From positions 148,427 to 212,426 of the forward strand of contig JAAOMT010000479.1 in NCBI GenBank assembly GCA_016748015.1: DNA of 64,000 nucleotides. The letters are read 5' to 3'. Positions 1-10,379 of the stretch are shown piece after piece (position 1 is the first letter of the stretch; each line of letters begins with the position of its first letter). Below the pieces are notes generated by a model. The model ran no database searches. It saw nothing but the letters and a program-made list of their open reading frames with translations, and had not been told where the DNA came from. The stretch is from Geosiphon pyriformis uo1. Lineage: Eukaryota > Fungi > Glomeromycota. A program made the translations under genes and the position numbers.

Positions 1-224
1 TTTTTGGGGCTTTTGGCTGATATGTAAAGATTAGTAAGTCTAATTTTTTCTGATTCACAAATAGTGGCTTTTGCTTCAAACAATTGAGCTTGATCCTTTA
101 CTTCTCTTTTTATGGCTAACATATACTGATCATATGATGGAATAGAGATTGATTGACAGGTTAAGATAATTTCTCCTTTGTTAATAATCTCTTCCTCTGC
201 CATATTAACTGGTACGTCTATTTT

Positions 225-617
225 ACCTGTTGATCCAAATCCCTGTATCTTTTTAGCAGTAATCCTTAATTCTTCCCTGTTTTCCACTAACACTAATTGA
301 GCTATTTTCACCAAAGATAGGAATATTGCCTGTGCTATCTTTTTGTTTAGATCTATGGTATATGCTTTTTCTGAATCATTTTGTAGCATAGCAATGATAT
401 TTTCTACATATCCTGTGTCAATTATTTCTCCTTTGATGTTTATCTCTTTTTTTGCTAAACTACTCCTAGATGCTAATTGAATCATTGTTGTTGCTAGAAT
501 TTCCAGTGCTATTTTTAGATCAATACAAGTGCGCAAATGTGGTTCCAATTTGATGAGATTTTTCTCTGGATATCTCAGATCAAACTCTGCATCAGTATCA
601 TGTGCATGTTCTGACAT
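225..617 (-). pseudogene. dUTPase domain of element B polyprotein
   Basis: Minus-strand translation gives HDTDAEFDLRYP, ASRSSL, IIDTGYVENI, KIAQ, IQGFGSTG, i.e. trimeric dUTPase motifs 1-5; paralogous to 8270-8663. Confidence 0.88.
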
Positions 618-879
618 GATACCTTCGCCATTATTGCTGAACCATTTAAGTTCCTGCTTTTTGAAAAGGTCAGGAAGTGCGATAAATGTTTTGGGGTTTG
701 AATCAGAGTTTGAATTGTTGTCATTTTCATTGCTATTTGAAGCAGAGCTGGAATTGTTGTTTTCGTTATCATCATTGTCAGAGTTTGAATTGGGATCAAA
801 AGTTGATTCCAATTCCAATGTGCAGTTGCTCATTGGTTTGTTTTTTTCTGGGATCATGTAAATCATGTGTGGTAGTGGA

Positions 880-1520
880 TTGTAAATAAGATCACACTCA
901 TTGCAATATTAGAAGTCATATGGGATCAAACAGTGGTCACATAATCAGGTGTTTATTTCTTCCAAGCATTGTTTCTGCTCTTCTCTGGTGGATGCTAATT
1001 GCTGGTAATGTTCATGAAATTCTTCTGGGTTGTCCTCAATATTGCCAAAGATGTCAAAAGTTTGGACATATTCAGATTCAGGAAGAGATAAAGAATTATT
1101 TTTAATCTTTAGTAGTTTGTTGGTTGTTGCACTTTCTGCTTTCACATATGCCATTCTTCATAGTTCATCTTTGTCATAGAAATATCCTTCCAATTGTTGC
1201 AATGCTCATTTTTAGGCATTGTTGATTAGTGTTCCTTTGTTTACCTAATTGTTTATCAGTATGGTGTACTGGCATGTCTTATCACATGTTCTTCCATGCC
1301 CAGAAATGTTATTCCACATTCCTTCATCAGGTAAAATAGTTTCACATGTGAGACATGGTTGGTTATCCCACTTTTCTTGTTGTTTCAGTTGTCCAAAGCA
1401 CTTTATGATGCATGGGTGGCAGTAGAATCTTGTGGCCATGGAGTATTCTTCATCATCATCACAGCATGTGCCTATTGACAACAATTTTTTGTCACAATCG
1501 ACACATTCCAATTTTGATTA
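880..1520 (-). pseudogene. Cys-rich putative Zn-binding insert of element B polyprotein
   Basis: CVDC…C…CHPC…CLTC…CDKTC, then a CDHCLIP..F*YCNECD cluster; same spacing as element A 8940-9565. Confidence 0.7.
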
Positions 1521-1879
1521 ACAATAATTGGATGGTGGTAATGAAGTGTAAGTGTATGAACTATAAGTGCTGTTGGTGAGAGTAGTTTCTTTTTTTTCTC
1601 CTTTCCCTTTTTCTTATTAGTTTCTTCCCACTTCCAGTTTGTTGGTTTGTCTTGGTTATTATCAGTTTCCCAGTTTTGGTCAGTATTCCAGGTAAGTTTT
1701 TTGTTTTCCTTCCCTTTTCCCTTGTTGTCCCAAGAAGTTATTAGTGGTAGCTTGTTGTGGTCTTCATCAGCTCAAGAGATTTAGTATGCTTCCCAAATAG
1801 GTTTCTCTTTTTCTTCTTTGAATTTGATAAGTGGAGCTGATGGTGTAGTGATGGGTCTGAAATGACCACACATGGCTGG

Positions 1880-2310
1880 TACATGTGTGTGTCATCTGTT
1901 TTGGCTAAGCTGGAGCTCTTGGGTGTTTTAGTCAAGTGTTGTGTTGATTTTGAACAGCCAGTTATTACCTACTAATGCTTAGTATTAAGTGGCTTCCATG
2001 ACTAATATCTTAATTGGTACAGTGATATCATTAATTTTTATGAGCAAGTTATCTATTTCACCAATTGGAGTCTTAGTGGTCCTATTGGCTGTAATTATCT
2101 TTGCACTGGCAGCTTGATCAACTCGGTGATCTAATTGGTTCATGAACTGTCTTGTGATGATGCTGCCAGCTAATCCACTATCTAGAATCAGTTTAATAAA
2201 CTGACCATCAATTTTGGCATCTGTGTATATTGCTATGATAGGTTTTTCCTCGAGTGTGGCTCCACTGAACAAAGAGATTTCTGTTGGTTCCTCAATTTCG
2301 AAAGAAAATA
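1880..2310 (-). pseudogene. Retropepsin-type aspartic protease of element B
   Basis: ORF 1985-2272 with LILDSGLAGS (DSG active site) and downstream ALVGNNWL-type motif. Confidence 0.85.
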
Positions 2311-2839
2311 TAACTACTAGAAACTCATATTTTATGACAGTGGCTGGCGGAATATTGGTAAGTGATTGCTTCTGTTTGGGTTTCTGAGTGTTGGATGCGG
2401 CATCTTCTGTGGTAATCAGAAGACTTAAATAGTTTTGGGAACTTGGGTTTTGAGTATATTCAGTTTCTGAACTCCACTGTCATGATCTTGATGGCTGGTT
2501 AGATAAACTGGAGATCAGTTAGTGAACAACTATTGCCAATCTCCAGTTTTGAGTGACTTTTGATTTAGAGTTTCCTAATGTTATTTGAGCTGAGTTTAAT
2601 AGCAGTGTTTGAATTGTGAGTGTTTGATAAATTATTTGTGGCTGTAGTAGTTAATATATTATTGGTGGCTGTGGTTGATAAACTGAAGGTTGATATACAG
2701 GTGGTTGATATATTGGCAGTTGTATCATTGGCAGGTAAGTTGATTAATATGGTGCTGAGTTGGATTAATAACTCAGAGTTGGGAACCGGTGATCAGGGTT
2801 TTGATATTGATTTCCCGATTGTTGGTTATTATTATAAAA

Positions 2840-3847
2840 TCAGCAGTTGGCTCTAATATGGTCTTGTTTACTACAATTATGATAGACACACATTTTTTGT
2901 TGCCATGGCTGATTTGATGATAATAAACGTAACTGATTTTGGAAATGATTCATGTTTTCTGAATTATTGCATCATTGTAGTGATTGATAAATTGCATGAT
3001 TGTCAGCTAAGTATCCTTCTAATTTCTGATTAATTGAATTACTGAATTGTTTTAATTTGAAATCCAATTCAGATGATCCATTCATCACTAGATTAACGGC
3101 TTGGGCATGGCTTGCTTTAAATTCTGCTGATTTGAAATTTCTGGCATTTGTAACTGTGTTTTGGAGAGTTTGTGGGTGTATTGGGCATATGCATTGAAGT
3201 AGGCTACTACACAGTCCACAGATAAACTGATTTAAAATCTGAGGCACTGTAAAATAGTCAGCTTGAATTGCTTGGATTTGGCATAAATTTTTATGGAAAT
3301 GTCCCAAGTAAGTGGTAACTGCTTCAGTTTCTCCCTGTTTAATTGTGGTAAAAGTGTTGGCTAAGTGATTAATGTTGTTATTATTACTGAAATATTCCAG
3401 GAATGCAGTTTTGAATTTCTGGAATGTTTGAGGTTTAACGGCTAAACTCTGATACCATGAATTGGTGGTATCTTGTAGAAAATAGAGAATTGCTTGAAGG
3501 GCTCTGTCATTGTTCCATCCATTGGCTGCAATGGCTTTTTCCACATTGTTAAGCCATACTTGGGTGTTATCCTCTTCACCAGTAAATTTCTCAATTTTGG
3601 CGATTAGAGCATAAGCCATTGGTTGTTGTTGTGATTGCTGCTGGATTTGTTGAGATAGTGGTTGTGGCTGTTGTTGTTATTCAGCATTTGGTGGTACTGA
3701 TAGTGAATTAATCACAATTACTGGAGGTAAGTGTTGTTGATTATTAATATTGGGTTTTCACTTGTTCTGATTGTACTGCATTTGAAAATTTGGAGTTTCA
3801 ATTTCCAGATTTTTTAAAGTTAGATTTTGCTGAGTTTGAAAGTTTGG
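2840..3847 (-). pseudogene. gag of element B, capsid and decayed zinc knuckle (continues at 13573-14315)
   Basis: ORF 2972-3619 MAYALIAKIEKFTGEED…WY…FKTAFLEYF…IKQGETEAVTTY (retrotransposon gag); CYHNCSKQDHIRANC-like knuckle remnant near 2845-2890. Confidence 0.88.
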
Positions 3848-4307
3848 TATTACAGATGACAATTTCTGGTGTTGAATTAAATATGAACCTGTAACTTGGT
3901 ATTCAAAGCTATTCTCATTGTTGATAATCTGAAGGTTTGGTATCTGAAGGTTTTGAGATAACAAATAGTTATTTATTAGATAATTGTAATTTGGAAAGTG
4001 GCTTAGATTAAATCTAAAACTAAGAGGTTTGTCTTTTTAGCTTCTAATCCTGCTGCTATATATACATAATTAAGATTCTTCAATTTCTTGATTCTTTACG
4101 ACAGGAATTCTGGAATTCCTGGAATCCTGCAATTCTTTTGAGAGGAATTCTAGAATTCTGCAATTCTGCAATTCCTTGTCAGGGAATCCTGAAATTCCTG
4201 GAATCCTGCAATTCCTGAGAAAAATCCTGGAATTCCACATTTACTATGTCTACTTCTGATTGGCTAATAATCATACTAATATATTTCCTATATTTCTATG
4301 AGTAACA
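3848..4307 (-). repeat. 3' LTR of element A (418 bp internal deletion relative to 5' LTR)
   Basis: 3848-3955 aligns to 12673-12780 and 3954-4307 aligns to 13197-13568. Minus strand starts TGTTACT; contains TATATATA, AATAAA and GGAATTC(C)TGCAATTC repeats. Confidence 0.93.
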
Positions 4308-4322
4308 TTATTCCCTCCTTTT
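4308..4322 (-). promoter_or_regulatory. Polypurine tract (PPT) of element A
   Basis: Minus strand AAAAGGAGGGAATAA immediately 5' of the 3' LTR TG. Confidence 0.88.
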
Positions 4323-4365
4323 AATATTGAGCTCTGTCGAAATCCAACTCATTTAATTTCCTCTC

Positions 4366-4980
4366 TTAAAGTATTTTCTGGATTTCATTTTCGAGAATTA
4401 CTTGTGTTATTTGGGTCTGTAATTTTTCGAATTGAGCATTGGTGATCTTTCCCAATTGATTACTGGTAACCATATCCATTGTTTTGTTGAGTAATATTTC
4501 TGGTCTATCTTGAAATACTGTGTGTATTTGGTATATAGCTTGGGCCTGTGTGGATAAGTTATTCTTTCTCACAAAATATTCTAATTGTTGTAGTATTTTT
4601 TTGTCGAATAATCGCTTTGTTTTATCTGTATATAAGTTCTGGATATTTACGTGTTGTCCCAAGTAAAAATAACAATAGTTTCGTGGAAATTGTTGTATCT
4701 ATCAATTTCAAGTTTTTTTAGTCAACTCTTGATATAGTAACTTTTTTGTCAACTCTCTTATTGCTAATTTTACTTTTGCCATGATTTTGTCCATAGTATT
4801 TTTAGTTTTTTTCTGTGTTCTGGGTTGTAATGTCTTTCTAGTATTTTGATATTAAATGGTTTGTTGATTGATTGTAATTTCCATTTCCTGGTGTTAGATC
4901 AATTGAAAGAGTTGTTGTGCTAGTGAGTGAATGTTGTCTGTAATTTCCATTTTTCTGATATTTTCTGTCGTGTCTATCAT
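4366..4980 (-). pseudogene. Extra ORF (ORF3, ~204 codons, unknown function) between integrase and PPT
   Basis: One frame from ATG 4980 to stop 4366, including track ORF 4366-4662; its five internal stops (TAA, TAA, TGA, TGA, TAG) all revert by a single T>C. Confidence 0.65.
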
Positions 4981-5004
4981 GTCTTTATATATTCTTTTGA
5001 TGAA

Positions 5005-6387
5005 TCAATTTGACATGTTGTTGTCAATAATAATGATTGGTTTCAGATCTTGTGGAATCTGATCTGGTTGGACTAATATTTTCTGTACTTTTAATTGTGG
5101 AATATTACTGGTGGATGATGGTATGGTGTTGTAGTATGGTTTTAGTCGATCTCTATGTGCTGCTTTGGTTAAGATTTTGTTGTTCAGTCTTAATTTGTAA
5201 GCTTTATTTCCTAGAATTTCTTCTATGTAAAATGGTCTATCCTATTTGGGATCAAATTTTCCACTTCATTGTTTTTCTGCTTTGGTACAATATAAGAGTA
5301 CTTTGTCTCCAATCTTGAATTCAACTGGTTTGTTTGATAGTTGATTATTATGTCTTTTTTTCTGTTTCTCTTGTGACTTTTGTATGTTATCAGCTGTTTT
5401 TCTTCGTTTGTTTTCCAATGTTTCTATTAAGTCATATGTTCTTCTTAACAATGTTTCTTGGAAATTTTTTTCTGTTATTGGTTCAGTTAGATATGTGTTG
5501 ACCTTTATCTCTACTGGTAATGTTGCTGTTCTACCATATAGTAATTCAAATGGTGTTGTTTGTGTAGTGTCTTGCTTCATTGTTCAATAAGCAAATAGTA
5601 CTGATGGTATCAACACATCCTAATTGTTCTGGTTTTCTTGGCTGAGCTTAGCTATTGCTTCACACAATGTTCTGTTGAATTTTTCAACTAATCTGTTGGT
5701 TTGTGGATGGTATGGTGATAATAGTGGTCTCTTAATTCCAAATCTTTGGCTCAATTCTGTTAATGTTTTGTTCACAAAATGAGTTCCTTAGTCTGATAAT
5801 AATTTTTTTTGACATCTGTATTGACAAATTAAATTTTGATGAATGAATTTGGCAACAGATTCTGCATCTGCTCTTTGAATTGCTCTCACCTCTAGCCATT
5901 TTGTAAGATAGTCCATGGCTACTGCTATGTACCTGTTTTTTCTTCTGGTGATTGTTAATGATTTGACTAGATCAATTTCAATACAGTCGAATGATTGTTC
6001 CACTTTGATTGGTCTTAATAGTTTACTGGATTTTGTTTCTCCTCTTTGCTAACAAGCATTACAATTTTGAACATATTAGATGATATCTGGATATATTGAT
6101 GGCCAATAGTATTTTTTTCTGGTTTTTTCTATGGTTGCTTCTTTGTGAAAGTGTCTTGCTATTGGATTTAAGTGCATATTGAATAATATTGTTTCTTTTT
6201 CTGACTCTGTAATTACTTTGGTTGGTTGCTCTAGCTTTCTTCTATTTTTCTGATACAGTATATTTTGGTGAGTAATAAAATATTTTGATTGTTGTTTGAT
6301 ACTCTTTCGTTCCATTTAAGATAAATTCTCCTTGAACTGTTGAGTGTTTATATAATGTAGCAGTTGTTGATATTTTTGTATGTTCAT
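5005..6387 (-). pseudogene. Integrase of element A (HHCC, DDE core, GPF/Y-type tail; no chromodomain)
   Basis: H…H…YYWP…CNAC; IDLV…DYLTKW…LLSD*GTHF…PQTNRLVEKFNRTL; TPFELLYGR; FKIGDKVL…RPF; all fragments in one frame. Confidence 0.92.
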
Positions 6388-6437
6388 TTTTTGTTATATT
6401 TTCGTTGGTATTGTTATATTTTTGGGTTGAAATGTTC

Positions 6438-7720
6438 TTAGATTTGTCTCATTTGCGACAAACTGTCAGCATTTCCATTGTCTTTTCCCTTTTTATAATG
6501 TATAGTATAATTATATGGTACGAGTGCCATTTTCCATCTTGACTGTCTTCCATTTCCAAATTCTTGTTTTTGAAATGATGTTAATTCTTTGTGATCTGTG
6601 TATACTTCAAACTTCTGGCTCAAGTATTTTTTCCATTTCATGACTGCCCAGTATATCGCTAAGTGTTCTTGTTCCAGTGTTTCATAGTTTTTTTTGGCTG
6701 GTATTAAACTTCTGCTGGCATATGCTACTGGATGTTCCCTGCCGTCTGGTTTTTTCTGAGATAGTATTGCTCCCAATGCTTGGCTGGATGCATTGGTGGT
6801 GATGATAAATAGTTTGCTGTAATCTGGATAGATCAGTACTGGAGCTTGAATGAGCTTTCTTTTCAGAATATCAAAAGCTTCTTGTTGACTTTCTGTCCAT
6901 TCATATTTTGTATTCTTGGTTTGCAGCTGGTTGAGTGGCTGCACTATCTTGGAAAAGTTCTTGATAAAACATCAATAGTAACTAGTAAATCCCAAGAATA
7001 ATTTCAGTTCTGTTATATTTGTTGGTACTGGAAAGTTCTTTACTATCTCTATTTTTTCTGGATCCGTTTTGATGCCGTTTTTGCTGACTATGTGTCCCAA
7101 AAATTTTAGTTCTGTCTTATCAAAGAAGCACTTTGTTGCATTTAACTTTAGTCCTGCTCTTCTTAATCTTTTGAACATTTGTTGAAAATGATGAAGATGA
7201 TTATCAAATGTTTTTGAGAATACATTGGTGTTGTCCAAATATACAACTACTGATTTCCACAATAAACCAGTATAAATGATTTCCATTAGCCGTTGGAAAG
7301 TGGCTGGTGCATTGGTTAAGCCAAATGGCATAACTTCAAACTCAAAGTTTCCCTCTCTTGTAGTGAATGCTGTTTTTTCTTTGTCGGCTGGATCCATGGC
7401 TACTTGTCAGTAACTACTATCTAAGTCTAATGTTGAGAACCATTTGTTTCCACCAAAAGCATCAAATAGTTTTTGTATCCATAGAGTTGGATAGCTGTCT
7501 CCATAAGTTATACTATTTAGTTTTCTGTAGTCTACACAAAATTGGATTTTTCTATTCTTCTTACAGACAAGTACTATTGATGACGATCATGGATTCATTG
7601 ATGGCTGAATTAACCCATTGTCAAGCATTCAGTTGATCTCTTGACAGATGATTTCATGGCTGGCTGGTAGTACTCTGTATGCTAGCTGTTTGATTGGCAT
7701 TGTATCTCCAGTCTTAATTT
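6438..7720 (-). pseudogene. Reverse transcriptase and RNase H of element A
   Basis: KTAFTT…MPFGLTNAPATFQR…YLDN (from YLDD)…FLGH; TNAS (from TDAS)…GAILSQ…VAYASR…YTDH…NADSLS. Confidence 0.95.
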
Positions 7721-8269
7721 GATGTTGAATGATGTCAGTTCTGCCAAATTTGTTTTCGTTGGCAAAAATGTCATTGAAATTGTTGAGTAACATCTTGAGC
7801 TGCATATGTTGTAGTTGGTCTAGATTTCCCATGTTTATTTGTTCTAATTGTTCTGGTTGAAGCAAATAACATTCATCTCGTCCATAGATTGTTTGTGATG
7901 TGATGTCAACATATTTACAAAGCTGTGGAAAGTCTGGAATGGGATTTGGTGGTTGATTCTCTATTTCAGTGTTTAAGTATCCCATAGTAGTTCCAGCTGG
8001 TATTACTATGACATTTCCTGTGTTGTTGTAGATGGGAATTTTGATGTGACTGTAATCTTTGGCTGGTATGTGGAGATTGATGAGTCCAATCTCTCTTGAT
8101 TTGCAAAGGGTCAGTTCTGCTTCAAAAATCTGATTTTGTTCTTTTTCTTTCCTTTCTATTGCTAACATGTACTGGCTATATAGTAGAATGGAAATAGCTT
8201 GACTGGTTGAGATAATTTCTCCTTGGCCAACAATTTTTTTTTCCACCATATTAACTGGTACATCTACTC

Positions 8270-8663
8270 TACCTGTTGATCCAAATCCTTGTATCCCTCT
8301 TGTTGTTATCTTTAATTCCTCCCTTGTTCCCACTGACACTAAGCTAGCTACTTTGACTAGTAGCAGGAATATGGTCTGTGCTATCTTTTTATTTGGCTCA
8401 ATGATATAAGTCTTTTCTGAGTCATTTTGTAGCATGGTACTGATATTTCTTGTATATTCTGCATCCACTATTCCCTCTTTAATATTAATCCTTTTTTTCA
8501 TTAAACTACTCCTAGATACTAACAGAACCATGGTTGTTGCTGGGATCTCTAGAGCTATTCTCAGATCAATGCATGCTCGCGCATTTGGCTCCAATTTGAT
8601 GGCATTTTTTTCTGGATATCTCAGATCAAACCCTGCATTAGTATCATGCACACGTTCTGGCAT
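8270..8663 (-). pseudogene. dUTPase domain of element A polyprotein
   Basis: AGFDL, SRSSL, GIVDAEY, KIAQ, RGIQGFGSTG within ORF 7629-8663, in frame with PR and RT. Confidence 0.92.
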
Positions 8664-8939
8664 GATACTTTTCTCATTGTCACTATATCATTTTAACTTC
8701 TGTTTCTTGAAGAGATCTGGTAGTGCAATATATTGTTTGTAGTTTGTATTGGAGTTTGAATCTGAGTTGGAATCATTGTCGTTGTCATTGCCATTTTGAA
8801 CAGAACTTGAACCATTGTTGTCATCATCATTGTTAGAATTTGAATCGCGATTGATCAGTGATTCTGATTCTGATGTGCAATTGCTGATTGGTTTTTCCTC
8901 TTTAGAGATCATGTAGATCATGTGTGGTGGTGAATTGTA

Positions 8940-9565
8940 AATAAGATCACACTCATTACAATATTGAAAGTCACATGGAATTAAACAGTGGTCACATAAC
9001 CGGGTGTTTAGCTGTGCTAAGCACTCTTTTTGTTCTTCTCTTGTGATTGCTAGTCGCTGGTAGTGTTCATAAAATTTTTCTGGATTGTCTTCGATGTTGC
9101 CAAAGACATTGAAGGTTTGGACATATTCAGGCTCAGATAGGGATAGTAGGTTGTTTTTAATTTCTTTCAGCTCCTCTGTTATAGCACCTTCTAACATAGC
9201 ATATACCATTCTCCAGATCTCATCTTCATTGTGTGGGTATCTTTCTAGGTGTCTTAATGCTCGTTTTCAGGCGTCATTGATGGGAGTTCCCTTTCATACC
9301 CAGTCATTGATCAGGATGATGTATTGGCATGTCTCATTACATGCTTCTTCTCTTCCAGGAATGTCTTTCCACATCCCTTCATCTAAGAGAGTATCTTCAC
9401 AAGCTAAACACAAGGTACCATCCCATTTTCTTATTTTTGGCAGTTGTCCATCACATTCAAGGACACATAGACAACAGTAGTACTTGGTTGCTGCCATCCA
9501 TTCTTTGTCCTTACTACAGTATGTGCTCATTGTTAACAGTTTCTTGCCACAACTGACACATACAA
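8940..9565 (-). pseudogene. Cys-rich putative Zn-binding insert of element A polyprotein
   Basis: CVSC…C…CCLC…CLAC-x19-CNETC…CDHCLIPCDFQYCNEC, in the same frame as PR and dUTPase. Confidence 0.7.
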
Positions 9566-9909
9566 GTTTGGGTCAATAGTAAGCGTTTTGAGGTGGTGTC
9601 GCATATAGAATATGAGTGTAGTAGGTGGTTTGTTTTGGTTCCTCTTCCTGTTTCTTTCCTTTTCTCTTTTCTTCTCAACTCCATTCAGTGGCTGGTTCAC
9701 TTTGGCCATTGTCACTCCATGATTTTTGGTTTGTTCCCCAGATAAGTTCTTTTTCTTCTTTCCTCTTTCCTTTGTCATTCCATGAGAGTATGAGTGGCAA
9801 TTTGTTGTGGTCATTGTCGGCCCACGAGACTTGGTAAGCTTTCCAAATAGGCTTCTTTTCTTCTTCCTCCAGCTCTATCAATGGTTCCTCTCTTGATAGA
9901 ATCTTGAAG

Positions 9910-10370
9910 TGGCCACACATGGCTGGCACACGTGTGTGTTGACCATTAATGCTTAGTTGGAGCTCTTGCGTTGTCCAGTCCAGAACGGCATTGGTTTTGA
10001 ACAGCCAGTTATTACCAACTAGAGCTTGGTATTGAGTGGCTTCTATCACCAAGACTTTGATGGGAGTGATGATGCCATTGACTTCAAATGGGAATTCATC
10101 TATCTTGCTAATAGGCGTTTTGGTTGCTTCATCGGCTGTGAGAATTCTGGCACTGGCAGTGCGATCAACTCAGCAACCTAATTAGTCCATGAGTTGTTGT
10201 GTAATGATGCTACCTACTAAACTGCTGTCAAGGATCAATTTGATAGATTGTTCATCAACTTTGGCATCTATGTAAATCACAGTGATTAGTTTGGCTTCAA
10301 GAGTGGCTTCACTAAATAACAGCGTTATAGTTGTTTCCTCAAATTTGAATGGAAAAATAGCAGTCAAGGA
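9910..10370 (-). pseudogene. Aspartic protease of element A
   Basis: LILDSSLVGS (decayed DSG) and ALVGNNWL; homologous to element B protease. Confidence 0.85.
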
Positions 10371-10379
10371 CTCATCTTT

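Noticed and set aside
4100-4240. Heat-shock elements in LTR A U3
   Set aside because: GAA/TTC spacing is mostly 0 or 3 nt, not the nGAAnnTTCn periodicity.
4366-4980. ORF3 as env or chromodomain
   Set aside because: No signal peptide, TM segment, furin site or chromodomain aromatic-cage motif visible.
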